Origin: Isurus oxyrinchus
Taxonomy: Eukaryota
Assembly (NCBI GenBank): GCA_026770705.1
Contig: JANJGN010000034.1
Span: 5,208,001 to 5,272,000 of the forward strand
DNA length: 64,000 nucleotides
Reading direction: 5' to 3'
Made by a program: the position numbers and the translations under genes. Below, in pieces: positions 1-14,222 of the stretch (the first letter of the stretch is position 1; every line of letters begins with the position of its first letter). Below the pieces are notes generated by a model. That model made no database searches. It was given only the letters and a program-made list of their open reading frames with translations, and was not told where the DNA came from.

Positions 1-556
1 TTCCTACATGAAAGAGTCTTCACCCCAAAGGGCAGAATCCGATAAAAATAGCTATGTCAGTTTCCATTAAATGAGGAAAACGGGAAATTACTATGCAGGA
101 ATGTTGTACAATTAGTTGGCCTAGTCTTCACAATATGTGGCGACCAGGATGCATGTTTACTTTTTAAAAGAAGCAAAGTTAAGTTAAGTGAGATATTCTC
201 AATCAATTATTTTACCTAATGTCATTTAGCCATGAGAGATGAAAATGATGTCTATCCTTATAATAAAGGCGACGTTAAGTAATATACTGAAGCAGAATAT
301 AAACTTCTACATTATAGATTAAGACTATTTGCTTTTAATTGACCCAGTGTCACCTTTATTCTCGTGAGAATACATCATTCAACAAGTCATGGAGATCAAC
401 AATATAGCACTTTCTAAATTTGATGAATAATGACTCTCCAAGGGAAATATGGAATAGTACACGTAAGATGCCAATGGCTGCAAATATAAAAAATTGCATG
501 TTAATTAAATGCTCCTCCGTGTCTCCCATATTGTATTTTTTGTTATAATTGTACAG

Positions 557-592
557 GGACAGATGCATGTGAAGCCGTTATAAAATTAAAAG
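557..592 (+). CDS. Probable 36-nt phase-1 exon upstream of the heptad array, encoding (G)TDACEAVIKLK
   Basis: Acceptor ttgtattttttgttataattgtacag and donor AAG|gtgagc. Length is a multiple of 3, the exon is open in phase 1 and it ends in G like the 21-nt exons. Confidence 0.55.
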
Positions 593-1093
593 GTGAGCCA
601 AAGTTGCTGTTTATTCGACACATTTGCATAACCACTGACACTGTGGAATACATAATATATTTGCTATCCATACAAGTGAGAATGAAAATGAAAAACATGC
701 TAGATTCGTTTGATTGTTTGAACTGTCGAAATGGGCACATGGGCTGGGGACCTACATGATGAAAACTCTTTTTTATGCACATCTATGTGAACCGTTAAAT
801 TTATTGTTTATTTTTGTAATAATATCATGGTTTTTTCATATGTATATATAGCTCTCACAAAGTTGTGACACAGCCTCATTCCTGATGATATAAGAATAGT
901 GTGTTATTAAAAGCCACCTAATTCCAAAAACAAGCATATACAAGCTCCAGTATGTGCATATTTTAATAAACGAACGACACAAGTATAAGTTTATTTTTCA
1001 TGTATTTCCATGTAACGATATTTCCACTGCAATCAATAGACACAGGTAGGCAGCTAGATTTCTCGTTATTTCTTCTTTTATTTTATTTTTTAG

Positions 1094-1120
1094 TCATTAA
1101 TGGAAAACAAATCATACCAG
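1094..1120 (+). CDS. Possible 27-nt phase-1 exon, (V)INGKQIIP
   Basis: Very long pyrimidine tract ending ttttttag, open in phase 1. The donor CAG|gtggca is weak and the peptide is not heptad-like. Confidence 0.25.
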
Positions 1121-1342
1121 GTGGCAGCGAGATCAGCACAGATATTGACGTAAAATAAAACGAAGAAGGCAACAGCATTGAAGTTGTCAGCTCTGCTAAC
1201 ATTGCCTCTTCTGAGTCATTTAAATAACTGTTGATTCTCTTTTCCTGAACACAAAGCTCTTTCAGCGCACACTTATATTTCCCCCTTAATAACATTGCTC
1301 AAATGTCTGCAAAATGGAGAGCAACCTTGGATCTGCAAGACT

Positions 1343-1896
1343 TTTTTGTATATTTCAGGCTCCATTTATGGCTGTAGCAACCACCATTGAGTAACCCCTT
1401 TAGCGTAGCAGACAAATGCATGGCAAGTGAAAATAATCGAGTTTGTGGGGCTTCCACCAATGAAGCGTCCATGTCTCATATCCGGGATTAACTGGTATTT
1501 TTGTTTTATTAAGCGTGGTTATAGGGAAAGAGCAATCAATTATTTGCTAATTTGACATCCTGCTATGAGATAGGATTCCATGAACTTATGAAAAAGCGTT
1601 GGTGGGTAATGCTTCTAATCGTAAGAAACAAAAAAAAAAGAAACAACATTTTCATGCAAAAAAAAATATTGTGGCCGAAAGGTTTTATCACCGAATAACA
1701 CTAAAATGTTTTTAATGCTCATACCTGAGGTTCATTTCAGATGACATTGCATTCTGCCAATTTCTGTAAACTAAAATACAGAAAATAGGCAATACAGCTA
1801 GAAAAGGTGCAGAGAAGCGCTCCTGAAATGCTCCGCTAAAGGGGTTACTCAATCGTGGTTGCTACAGCCATAAATGGAGCCTGAAATATACAAAAA
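1343..1896. repeat. ~68-bp near-perfect inverted repeat (arms 1343-1410 and 1829-1896)
   Basis: Left arm tttttgtatatttcaggctccatttatggctgtagcaaccaccattgagtaacccctttagcgtagca is the reverse complement of the right arm, with 2 mismatches counted by eye. Confidence 0.9.
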
Positions 1897-3175
1897 GCAT
1901 GAGATGTTTGAGATATGAACGTTAACAAAATAAACGTGGATCTTCTGCCCAAACGAAAGTATGTAATGGACAGCTTTAGAAGAGTCATTCAAATGGTGAG
2001 CAGTTTGATCTTATGGAACACAGCAGAGCAACGTGTTTGTAATCCTTGGCAAAGGTTCAACAAAAGCTTTAAAATGTTCAGAAGAGAAAATTATTATCGC
2101 TTTCTTATACCAATATTTGTTATTACGATACTCAATGCAGTGCCCATATGGATGGCAGAAGTAGTTTCAAAACTTAGTAGAAGTAATGAAAGCAAACAAA
2201 TGCAAAAAAAAAAAACAATTTGAATTTAAAAAAAATGGAAGGATTATTTATCTGTTAAAATTGCACTTCATTGCTACCGGACAATCTGTATATAAAAAAC
2301 CCTTAGGCACGACTATTGTAACAAACACATCTGGTTCATTATCGTTTTTGAGGGAAAACACCTGGAGCCCTTATAGAATCAGGATTGTTATTACTAAGAA
2401 GGAGAAATTTCCCCCGCTTGTGTTTGGTTCAGCTTACCAAATGAACAATGCATCATGAGCAAATGAGTGTCGCCTCTCCTCAGCTCTCTCTTGGAAACTT
2501 TACGCCTTCTTTCCTTTCAGATAATAATCCAATTTATTTTCGAACCCTTTGCTTAATCCAGCCTCTGCAACATTAAGATGGCACATTGTTACAAGTAACT
2601 ACACATTATGGGAAAACAGTTTCTCCATATGTTTCCAGTTTTCCTTTGGCCAAAAAACTGACACATGTGCCTTCATGCGTTCGATGGTTCTAACGGTAAG
2701 AATCCCTCTCTTGAATCCGAATGTTTCTGTGTAAATGCGTCCCAACTTTTTGTTCTTAAAATTATTAATGAAAGATCTCTATCTTTGCCATCATTCTAAT
2801 GCATTCAGAACTTTATGAAATTCTGTCGCCCAAAAGTGGATAAAATATTCCCGTTGAGGCAGGACAAGTATTTTATATATGTTTCAGAGGGCATCAAAGC
2901 TCTAAAACTGTAATTTCTGATTAATAGAGCCCAGGAAATTGTGTGCGTTTTTGCAGTGCTCTGAACTTATACTGATATATGGAATGCCTTATGCTTATGT
3001 GCAAGCAGGTCCCCTGGCACACGCACCCGTTTTAGAACTCTACCCATTGTTTAGATTATCTTTCCGTGTCCTTTTTGCTAAGTTGAATTTCTTCACAATT
3101 CTCTGCATTGAACTTCATTTGCCACTTATCTGCTGATTCCACGAAATGATCTGTGTCCTGTTAATGCACAGTCAC

Positions 3176-3460
3176 AGTGGGACACAAGTTCATGGTGAGG
3201 GGCAGGAGGCTTACGGGGGGATGTGAGGGAAATCTTTTTTTACGAAGACAGCGATGACGTTCTGGAATGCACTGTCTCGGAGGGTGGTGGAGACGGCTTG
3301 GCTCACATCATTTAAAATGTATCTGGATAAGCACTTGGGATGTCATAACATTCAAGACTATGGGCCAAGTGCTGGTAAAAGGGATTTGCTTGTTTTTCAT
3401 GTGTCGGTGCAGACTTGATGGGCCGAAGTGCTTGTTCTGCACTTTGAATCTGTGATTATG
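3176..3460 (+). mobile_element. CR1-type LINE 3' end fragment
   Basis: Typical CR1 3' sequence (ggacacaagttcatggtgaggggcaggagg...tctggaatgcactg...gatgggccgaagtgcttgttctgcact) ending in a short tgatt-type tail. Confidence 0.7.
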
Positions 3461-5229
3461 TTATAGTTCTATATTATCCTCTTTGTAGTTTATAATGCTT
3501 TAATGTTTTGTATAATCTGCAAATTTTAAAATGTACCCTGTTTACGCCATTAATATATGTCAAAAATGGCAGGGTATCTACAGCTGCCCCTGGAGAGATT
3601 CATTGCGAGACTTCCACCAGTGCATCAACTTTAATTAAACACTAGTTTCTCTTTCCTGTCATTCAGCCAATTTTTGAGTGAACGATGTTACTGCTGCTTC
3701 AATGCATGAACAATATTTATTTTTAAATGTCTCTTGTGCGACAGTGCATCAAATGCCTTTGGAGGTCCATGCAAACTACATTAATAAATATTACACTAAC
3801 CAAACTTCTACATCACATCTTTAAAAGCTGCAGCAAATTAACTAACTACGGTTTCCTTTTCACACATGCATCATCTATGTCTTAATTAACATGCATTTAC
3901 CCAAGTGACCATTAAAAGTGGCCCGAATGAGAAGTAAAACTGCCTGACTAGCAGTTCTTATATAGCTTTTTTAGAACACGGGTGCAACATTGCCAAGGCT
4001 ACAATCCTCCAGCACTGCTTCTGTGTCTAAGGAACACTGGGAAATTGTTGCCATTGCCTCTGAAATTTCCATTCTTACTTCTGCAAGTATCTTTCTATAG
4101 ATTTCATGATTTCATATTTTTCTGATGCCTTATCAAAATTTAGTTGTGGTGGTCTTTGTAAAACATACTTGTTTACATTTTAAACCATTCAACTGGCTAC
4201 TTGCTTATTTCTCACCATAACCTAAGCAATCACGCTATTCCTTGGTAAGACAAATGCAAAGTATTATTTTAGCAATCGGACATACACAACGCTGGATATT
4301 GCCTACAGGTAACGAAGTACTTTTCACCAGCTGCCAGTCTCCTGTCGTGCTATCAATTAGTTTCTGCCATTTAGTTTTTTACTCCTCCCCTGACAATTTA
4401 ATGTTTGGCATCGTTCCCTGTGGCATAATCCACCCGATATCATACGCACACTTTTTGTTCTTTATCTTATCTCCTTCCTTATCTGGAGTTTTCTTGATCA
4501 GCTTGTCCTTTGAATGCATTCATGGGGATATATATTCCATGACCGAGAAAGCTATCTGCTTTAAGTAACCCAATATTTGGTTTAATTTGCTTTTATTTGC
4601 ATGAAAATCTTTGCCTCCAATTTATCTTGACCAGATCCAATCCTCCCCCCTGACCCAATGGCACAACCTCCCAAAATACAGCGCCCCCCTCCCCCACCAC
4701 GCCACACTCAACACCCACCCCCCACCCCCCTGCGAAGATGCTGCCCTGTAGTTAATTATTATTTTAATGGATTGTTGTTTGCCCTTTACCATAAAAAATT
4801 TCGGCCTTATGATACATTGCTTACTGTTCATAATTTGGTTCCTGCCAATATGGTGTCCACGTGGTCTACCCCATTCCCAAGAAACAGGCACTGTTATTTC
4901 CCCTGGAAAAACACTGCTTTAAAATTGACCTGAGCACACCAAAGGAATGTTCAAGTCTATCTGCCCTTTCAGCAACCACTGTACTATTGTAGATTCGGAA
5001 AGTTGAAGTTCCCCATTAGAACGGCTGCATTTAGTCGCTGGCAAGACAACATTCCCAATAGCATTGAGCGAACATCTTGCTGATGGACAATTTACGAAAA
5101 TGCGATGTTAACCAGCTTATGAAGAAAATATATATTACAATATAATATACATGCTAAGAAATGGAGAAAGTTTACAGTGTGTATCAATACAGAGGAATCC
5201 GGGCATTCTCGCCCATTGGTCAAAAAAAA

Positions 5230-5900
5230 AGCCGGCATGGAGGCACAAGTAATTAAGAAGGCAAATATAGTTTTGGTCTATTTGTAGCGGGTAAAAGGAC
5301 GGAAATCTTACTACAATCGCTAAGGCCGTTTCTGACACCTGGAATACTGTCCACAGTTTTGTTCTCCTTATTTAAGCTGGTATTCTAGGCACCTCGGGGA
5401 AGGTTCACTCGCTTGCTTCCTGGAATCAATAGACTGTCTTATACGGAGACGTTGCATGGATTAGGCAGAAGCTCAGTTGATTTTAAGCAGGTAGCATTTG
5501 GTCTTATTGAAAGGCATAAAGTTCTGATGGTTCTTGACATGCTTTCTGCTGTTTGGATGTTTCCCTTCATGTGGAAATAATGAACGTGGTAGCACTGTTT
5601 TAGAATGACGGAATCCCATATAACGGACAGAATTTTGTTCAATAGGAGGCCATTCAGGTTTGACATTTTTTGACGTCAGAGTGCAGTGGAGGCTAGAACA
5701 TTGAATATCCTGCAGGCTGGGTTAAACATTTTTGTACGTTCTAATATTGCTTCACTTACGCAGCGTGAGGGAGAGGGAATTAAGAGAGGTTTTGGAGTTG
5801 AGGCCAAGATCAGCAAAGATCTTATTCAATCTCGGAGCAGGTCCGAGAGGCTGAATGGCCTATTGATTGTTCTTTTTGTGTATTTACTTCTTATGTTATG
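5230..5900 (+). mobile_element. Degenerate CR1 LINE 3' portion
   Basis: cacctggaatactgtccacagtttt (HLEYC-QF-like ORF2 C-terminus), followed by a CR1-like 3' UTR and a cttatgttatg tail. Confidence 0.7.
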
Positions 5901-7084
5901 AATTAAGTCTGGTGAGCTGCATATCCTATGTGTTCCATTAATGCACGGATGACAAAAGCAAATTAAATAATTATTGAAGTAATAATTGAATACTTCACTT
6001 AATTGATGACAAGCTGAGACAACTGAAAAATTGGTTGACCAGCTCGTTGACAGAGTCGGCACAGATACCTCTTAAATAAAAACTGCTGATAACTCACATT
6101 AATGAGAAATATGACGTCAGTATTCAGATGACTCTATTTTTTTCTCCCGACACTTAACAAGGCATTTGTATCTGAATTGCTCTTTGAAGTGATAGATTAA
6201 TTCAAGTACCCAATTGCATTTAAGGCGACGGCTACCTATGGCTGTATCAATGACAATTAAGCGTAAGCATCAAATAATGTTCCAAGCATTGATGGGCAAA
6301 AACCGTGAAGAATATAGAGGAGGAGTAAATAAAAGTGTAGTTTTGCCTGACCTGTTCCTGGACTTTATGCAATCTCTGTTTAAAAGCCTGTAATATAACT
6401 TACAGGATCCTCAGACGCAGAAATGTTAAGCCTTTTGTTTTTCTCAACAATTTACTCAACTTTCAAATCTCTCACACTTGCTTCTTCCTTCTTCTTTTAT
6501 TCTCTATATTTCTCAAAATATTTGGACACCTTTCGTTATATTGCCTTGCATGATTCAGTATGTGAGTCAATTTGTCAGCAATGGAGTTGATAAAAGATTT
6601 TTGTACGATTCATTTCTAATTCGAAGACGCAATGTAGAGCAACTTTGTTCTTGCAACAATTGTAACTTATTGCAAGTACTATTAACGTTGGGAACATGCA
6701 TTGAATTATTCAATATTGAAAAAGAGGCGAAATGTCTTATTCCTAGTGGAATTTCGTGCCGAGATAATAACATTACAAACCCACAGGTTTCTCAGGTTCT
6801 CCGTGTTTTGTTCCTCTCTCTGCCTTTTATCCATTTTGAACACTAACGCCGACAAAACTCTCTATCTCTCGCCTTTCCTCCAACTCCTTCATGATGTGGC
6901 AAGAGTGACCTTAGCACAGCATGTGTCTAAAAGTTGTGCTTTGCATGATGCTCATGTCAAAATATAGCTCACAGTACCGTAAAAGACGAGGCCTGTGTTC
7001 AGGAGCCTTGTCATTGGTTTGCTTTCACTGTTCATGCGGAAAATAAGTAACAGAACAAATCATGCTTTGCATTGTAATCCACAG

Positions 7085-7105
7085 AACTTAAGCAGCGTAA
7101 TGATG
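7085..7105 (+). CDS. 21-nt heptad microexon, ELKQRND
   Basis: catgctttgcattgtaatccacag|AACTTAAGCAGCGTAATGATG|gtaagg. Confidence 0.8.
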
Positions 7106-8735
7106 GTAAGGACATGCCATAAACCCTTACACATTTGTTTGACTCTATCTGGACTGTGTGAAAGTGACAGTGACAAGAAAAAACTATTTGAGAATTTCAA
7201 GCATATTTAAGGTACGGCTAAAGTCATTAAATATCCTGCAATGGGCCAGGGTCATAGATGTCTTTGTTCTCGGCGTGTATCACAAGACTACTTCTATCGG
7301 GTCAATGTCGTTATATACCCCGCACTATTTTTTCCATCTGCAGTCTTTAATGAGCCATTTGCACATTTACCTGTTTTGAATTTCAACTTAAATAATGCAG
7401 CAGTGTGCCCAGTTTCACAGCTTGGGGGTAAAGCTTTTACAGGGGTCTCAGGGAATATCTTCGGGAATACTACAACAGGTGAGCGACTAGTAAAGTGGAG
7501 AGACTGAATCACCGTTAACTGTTTCTCCCCAAGAGTACCCCCCCCCCCCTTTCCCCCCACCACCACCCCTCCACCCCCACACCATGTGAGTGGGAGATTT
7601 AAGAGCGGGAAACATAACTGAGATAAGATTGGTTCAGGTGAATCTCGTTCTGCTGTTAAGGTGTTGAGCAAATAATCCACAAGATACCATAGATTGACAA
7701 AATTACAAAAGAAACCTGAAGGATAATTACGATATAATTGGTTCCTGTGATTCTGCATGTAATTCTGATAACTAGAGTTCGAACAGCATACAAAGTACTG
7801 CGGGCAACTCTGCACGGCATACTTTAAGATGATGCACCACCAGAAAAGGTGAAAGCAAGAATTTACAACATTATACCCAAAAACCGACAGTGTAACATTC
7901 CATTCAAAAACAAATTGCACGGGCAACTTGTTTCTTTGTGTTTCTCACGAAAAGGGAAGATTGTGCAGTTTATTTTAAAGAATATACTTTTTTTCATTTA
8001 CACATGCGTTCATAGTGTAGGCAAGGAGGAAATAATTCCCATCGTGGGATATAGCAGCTTTCATGAATATGATAAATTCATAAAATAATTAAATGAGTAA
8101 TTTGGAGATAATATATTGTTTGCCCAGATCATGGACCACAATAACACTGGCAGAAGTTCAGCTGATGCCGAAAGAGGTACTTCAGAGGAAAGAGGCAAGA
8201 AGCCTGAAAATACTTTAGAAGGCTGTGCTCACAGGCTTAGCTGTATTCCAGAAACTGCTCTGTATTTCCTTATGAGATGGTTTTGTGTTATACCTGAAAA
8301 CAGACCTGCCAAGACCTTCGGCACGTGTTAACATGTTATGGGCTTTATGAATGAAATGCCTTGCTGGCTTCTATGAGTCATACCACTAGAACGAAACACA
8401 ACCTAAGCATGAACACTAAACCACGTGCATCCTCAGAAAAATAGGTTTTTAACGGAATGGAGCGCAGAGCACACTTTTTTTATTGACATGTTTCCTCTCT
8501 CTGGTATTTTATTCAATTCGGACGCTGACACGTGGCCTATTCGGCTCCCCTGCCTTGATATGGCTGGTCTTTTCCCACCATGTGCCTGGACGCGCTTTTA
8601 TTTGGGAGATGAGATGTGCCAAACGGTTTTGCTAAATCTAAATCCTGGCTTATGTCTGTTGTTATCGTGCTGTGAGTTACCATTACAGAAATCAATTTTA
8701 CGAAATCGATCATCGTTTTACTTTATGCCCTGTAG

Positions 8736-8756
8736 ATATTAAGTCCCTCGAAGCAG
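8736..8756 (+). CDS. 21-nt heptad microexon, DIKSLEA
   Basis: cgttttactttatgccctgtag|ATATTAAGTCCCTCGAAGCAG|gtaagc. Confidence 0.85.
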
Positions 8757-11700
8757 GTAAGCAACCCGACTGATGAGTGCATGTATATGTATGCGTGGGT
8801 AATATGGTTGAAAATAGAATTGTGATAAATGCAAATTTAGATGGTTCTTGCATACATCAAATTGACACTAAAATAATTAATTAGTCACATCATTGCCATT
8901 TATTAATTAAGCTCAGCATTTCCCAGCAATTCCCAGTTCAAACAAAAACTACATGTTCAACGGGGCCAATTATTGCTTCATCAAACCAGTAAAACCAAAT
9001 GATAGTGGGCTTGTCAGAGGCGCAACCAACTTGCTCAGGAACAACAAACACGATGAAGCACAGTTTTGGTGCTGCCTGAGCTACCCAGACACATATATCC
9101 GTTGAGCCTTTCTCCACATTTTGACAAAACAACTAATTTCAGGGGACAAGAGAAAGTCAACGCAGCATTTCACCATGTGTGACATTGAAGAACAAAAGCA
9201 AGATTGTCATCCGTTGGATTCGGGAAAGAAACACATCTTACTCGTTGAGTCATAGCTAGCACAGAGGAAGGTGGATTTGGAATGTGGGAAGTCAATGATT
9301 TCACGTTCAATACACTACTGCAGCACTTCCTCATGATAGAATTGTAAGCAAAACCACCTGTCCAAGCATCGTATACTTGGGGCCGAGAATATACGGGAAG
9401 AATTTGGAAACACGTGGATGACTGCAGAGGGTTCAGTCCATTTACGTCAATTCATTCCCAAGGTTTAGAAAATATATATATATCAATCGCAGGGACTATT
9501 CAGTCCGGGCTGCAGCGCAAGACTGGATGAACTATTAAACTCCATGGCCTAGTTTTTTATGAACTATCGCTATATTTATTAAAAAAACGTAAAGCAGCTG
9601 CCCTACGATCTCTTTTTAAAGAAGCTTTTATATCGCTGTGTCCATTTTGGCACCACATGGGCATGGATATAACTTAAAATCTCAGTGTGCGTTTGCATTG
9701 GATATTTAATAGAATAATAGTGAACATTTCAGCTTCAAGAACAGTAAGCAAAATGTAACACAGCTCATGGGTACCTTCGCTAATCTCTTTGGACTGGCTC
9801 GAAGTGTTTTTCTCATCATGTATGTCTAGCTCGCAGCCGTGGCAGCAAAATGATGTGACCAAGTAGTCTTATCCACACCCGGGCAAACAGCTTCGACCGA
9901 TGTGACAAACCAGTATAGGGTAGCTGTCGTGCAAACTACCTTATCCAACTAAGTTATTTGTCTACCCTGGCCTGTGAAGATAGCTTTCAGCAGACTGCGT
10001 GGAAGAAATCAATCCAAGCCCCTATTGTTCTGAAGGGTGTTGAACACCTCCGCCTGGAAGGCGTGCTTCATGCCAAGAAATGGACAGCATCCTGGTTTGA
10101 CATTTTTGTGGGTATAATTCCAGCTATCTTCATTTGCCCTGCCATTAGAGTAAGGTTGGTCAGAGTGATAGAATCAGGCTGAAAAAGGACATCGCTTATT
10201 CACTGTACTTCAATTCAACTTCGAGGGAGGTACATCACAATTAATGCATCTGTAAATATATCAGTTATGCGCCCTTTGGCGCTGAATGAGAGCAGCAGTA
10301 GCAGAAGTGGAATCAAGGGATGTGTAGCTTAGAACATATTTGCTTGAACTTCATGCCTCTGGATCGTTTGTAAATGGAACATAAATTGAAACTCGACAGA
10401 TCCACATTCAACTGAGGAGTCTTTTTCAAGACCACTTTGTTCTTATTACACGTATGAGAAAGTACGTGAAAATCAAAAACTATCCTACTCGTCTCCTGTT
10501 TTATCAACCTAGTGAACATGACATATTTTCCTGAATCCCATTAAAACGGTTGAAATTCAATTCTCACAATAGAATGGAACAGTAACACTAGTCACAATAG
10601 GCAAATGGAGAACATCACATCCGGGAGAACTGGGAAGAGGAACGGTTCTGTCGGTGGAGAGTTAGCTAGGTACAGGTTGCAGATTGCCGACCTCAGTGAG
10701 TTTCATCCACATATAGATTGACAACACAAGGGATAGGTTTCAAGCTCCACATTCTTCTGGATTGCCTTGGAAAGTAAGCATGGTGCTAACTGGAGTTGGA
10801 GCTGCCACGAGCTATCTTGCCAGAAAGTTGACCTGTCTTCCCTTGAGAGGTCTGGTGCTGCTTATACACCCATTGCACTGATATCGGAATGGAAATCTTA
10901 TTATGCGCCTATCATGACCAAACTGGACGAAGTCAAGAATATTATGTGTTGCCATCCCCTCTCTCATTGATACTGAAAACAAAATCATAGATATTAATCA
11001 TTATTGGCGACTGCAACTCAAAACTTGGTGCAGATCACTAGGCGTGGTAAGGTGTTATCAGAAATTAATTAAAACAAAACAACGTTGGCTGGTATAAAGA
11101 AAGGTGATGTTGGTGAAAATATGCGCTGAGCATGAGTTCGTAATCGCCCATGCAGTTGTCCACCTTCCTAATCATAACAGAAGTTTTTAGAAGCACACAC
11201 CTTCTATGAATTGGTGTTAAATCGACGATGTAATCGCCAGCCAAAGGGTGAGGCAGCTATCTGAAAATGAAAGCCATATTAGGGGCTGAATATTTGACTA
11301 CCCAGAGTCTTCAGATTTCAAAGCTAAGTACCAAAATATATCTGAATATTTGCCCCCTGGATACAAAGGCCCATATCGTCACAACAACCCATGGCTATCT
11401 GCCAGCTACGCAGATAGTTCATTGATTGAAACCCGATAGTTGCCTGTATAAAGAAGAATTGGATACTCACTCTACTGGGGACGTTTTGTTGATCTTCAAG
11501 AATGCAGGATGCGCTGCTTGACAGGCCGTTCTTCCTACCCCCCGTAACCTTCAAGATTATATTAATAAATGCATTGATTTAATCCAAGAAATATTTGGGG
11601 AAAGGTATCTATTCAAGGCTTTCCTTACGAACAACGCATCAGTCTGCAATCATGGTGGCAACTGAAACATGTTAAGCAGCATCCCATTCCCGCTCAAATA

Positions 11701-13639
11701 TTTACAAGACAAAATTGGCTGAATCGGAACACAATGATGTTCAGTCACACACACACCACAAGGATTGAAATGGTTCAACAATGCTCCTTAATCTTCAATT
11801 ACCTCCAGTTTACTGATTCGTTATCAATTCTAGGTGCCAACAAAATAATAACTCTTACAGAGAATAACATCTCTAGTATAAAAATAGGCAGAGCACGAAA
11901 TGCAAATGCATGCTTGCCCATCCTCCATCAATGAAGAACCTTTGCACAGGCTGCCACAAATCTCAATCAACTGCATGTTTTATAGTCCCAGAATGAAGTA
12001 AGAAACGACAAACACAAAACAGCTCCTGTCTTGAGGCAAATCTCCAGGACCTGATGCTATCCTATCAGTGTCTTACAGGGCGAAATGTCAATTCTTGTTC
12101 AAGAAACTCACTCAATTTTTTTTTGTGCGTGTGGCAGTAAAAATCAATCTTGCAAGAAAACAAAGATGCCTCCGTTGTACTACTGTAAAAGTGGAAAGTA
12201 ACTGTCCAGTTTTCTGACAATTACACAGGAATCTCACTCCTCTCCAAAGCAGGAAATGACTTCACCGAAATCTACTTGAGCCACTTAGTGCAAGATTTTG
12301 ACGATGATTGACTGCGAGAGTTTCAGGTCGAGGAAAAACAGACATGCTTTTTTTCAGCTAGAGATTTCCAGGAGAAATTTCAGCACCGAAATGTTTTGCC
12401 TCCACAACGCTTCTAGACCTGAGAATGTGTTTTTTTTTCTTTCATAGTCTGTCATGAAAGCGTTGGGATGGCTAAGTCGAAATTGAACTGATAAATTCAT
12501 TTCAAGATTGGATGGAAACTTGAAGGCATTCACGTGCATGCCCTGCAAAATCATAAGTATTTTCACCCAATCCCAGTCATTAGGTGAATAAGAAAACAGC
12601 TGACTGCCAGCCAAAGCAAATGTCAGCATGTATTATTCTTCTCTTTCTGATACATTGTCTGATTACCTCCACGGTGGGCATAGTGGCAACTAAATCATAT
12701 ACCACATGGAAGGTGAGTTGTTCAACCTGAGTGGATTCCAGGAAATATTGTGGGCCTTCCGGAAGGCATTAACTGCTTGCCAAGGATGGTGTACTATCTG
12801 TCGGTTCAGGGCTCCACGTGCAATATAGCATTGACATGCAAAACAATCCATGTGCCAAATTCGGCCTTCACATTTGGAAAAACTAATCTGACGAAATGTA
12901 CCAGACATCTACTGGCTAGTTGTATCTAGATCTCAGCTCCACAGATCATTCTCAGGAGAGGTTAGCAGTGGAGGAGACGGCATACTCCGGCAGCATACTC
13001 TCTCAGTCTGTCTTCATTGAGGACCAGACACATGCATCAATTTACGAACAAAGTATAAGATTTGTAAACATGAGAACATGAGTCTGAGAGTGAAGTCTGC
13101 CGAAAAGAAAATGATTACCGAGAGAGCAATATTCCTCACCACTCTGATGGGACAAGGATTTTTCTCAATAACTGCTTAGAAGCACTAAAACTTCTGTTTG
13201 GGTTGCCTATGATGCCCCTGTGGATCAAAATTTAGAGCAAAATATCTTAAATTGGGGATGGCATGGAAGCTGGTAGGCCAATCCTCAATACCATGATAAA
13301 ATAATCAGGTGAGATTTGGGATTTTCAAGCAGACAAAATTCCTGACGCTGGCTTAACAAACCTAATCTTCCAATGGAGATCCTCAGTAAGGAGCATGCTC
13401 TCATACGATTAAAAATTGTCCTGAAAGGACACTGGAATATTTTTTTGCAGAGAATTTTGCTAACCACTTTGAGTCCCTGAGTAAAACTCGGCCACAATCG
13501 CTGCAAAACGTACAAAGTAACAATTGAAAGCAAAGTGGCGTTTTTTTTAAAAAAGTTAAATAAATGGAAGTTAACTTGCAGAAGAAGAAGTGCTGAAATT
13601 GGAAATTTAATTTTATGTCACTCCACTGATCTCCAATAT

Positions 13640-14222
13640 GAATCAGCTACCTGGCGCATTGCATCCAAATCAGGTTGCATTGTTATTAAAAAAAAAACCG
13701 AGGCACTGGAGAGTATGCAATAAATGGATATAAGTATCAAAAGGTAACTGAGGGAGTGTAAATTTGAAGGGAGAGGGCGCTAAGCAGTGTGCGCCAATTA
13801 TACGCTAAGGAAGAAAAAATAAGGCCTCTCCTAATATGTGTCGCCTAACTTTGCAAGTTGTTGTTTGAGTGCAAGGAGATAGATTGTTTTCACTGGGAGT
13901 GGAGTGTGGTATCAGAGAGAAGAGATATAGGGCATCATATATGACAGTCTGAGGCAAATCAAATAAGAACGTTAGAACAAATATATTTACACAGCGAGTG
14001 TAGATAATGTGCGATGTGCAATTAGAGGGAACATCTGAATTCGGAGCATGCATTGTTTTAAGGGGAGAAAAGACGTGTTTAACACGATACAGGGCAGACA
14101 ACGATATTTCAATGGACGAATGTGAAGGCAAATTGTAGAACTTTCAAGCAGAGCATACATTGTGGAAATGACTGGTTGGCCCAGATAAACTGCTTCTAAG
14201 CTGTAACTGCTTCTAAGCTGTA
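13640..14222 (+). mobile_element. Highly degenerate CR1 LINE 3' fragment, ending in a 17-bp tandem duplication (14188-14221)
   Basis: gaggcactggagagtatgcaa and gttggcccagataaactgcttctaagctgta resemble a CR1 3' end. aactgcttctaagctgt occurs twice in tandem. Confidence 0.5.

Noticed and set aside
1974-1995. cag-N22-gtgag exon candidate
   Set aside because: 22 nt long with no pyrimidine tract.
4273-4308. 36-nt exon candidate AIGHTQRWILPT with CAG|gtaacg donor
   Set aside because: Lies in apparent antisense LINE debris, has a short pyrimidine tract and has no supporting peptide pattern.
7294-7926. Longest ORF in the track (210 aa, minus strand)
   Set aside because: No recognisable domain and partly a G-run read-through. 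The plus strand faintly resembles a Penelope RT motif but is too decayed to call.
8950-11560. Possible very old RT (RTE or Jockey-like) remnants on the minus strand, e.g. CDDMGL
   Set aside because: Similarity is too weak to support by eye and needs a profile search.
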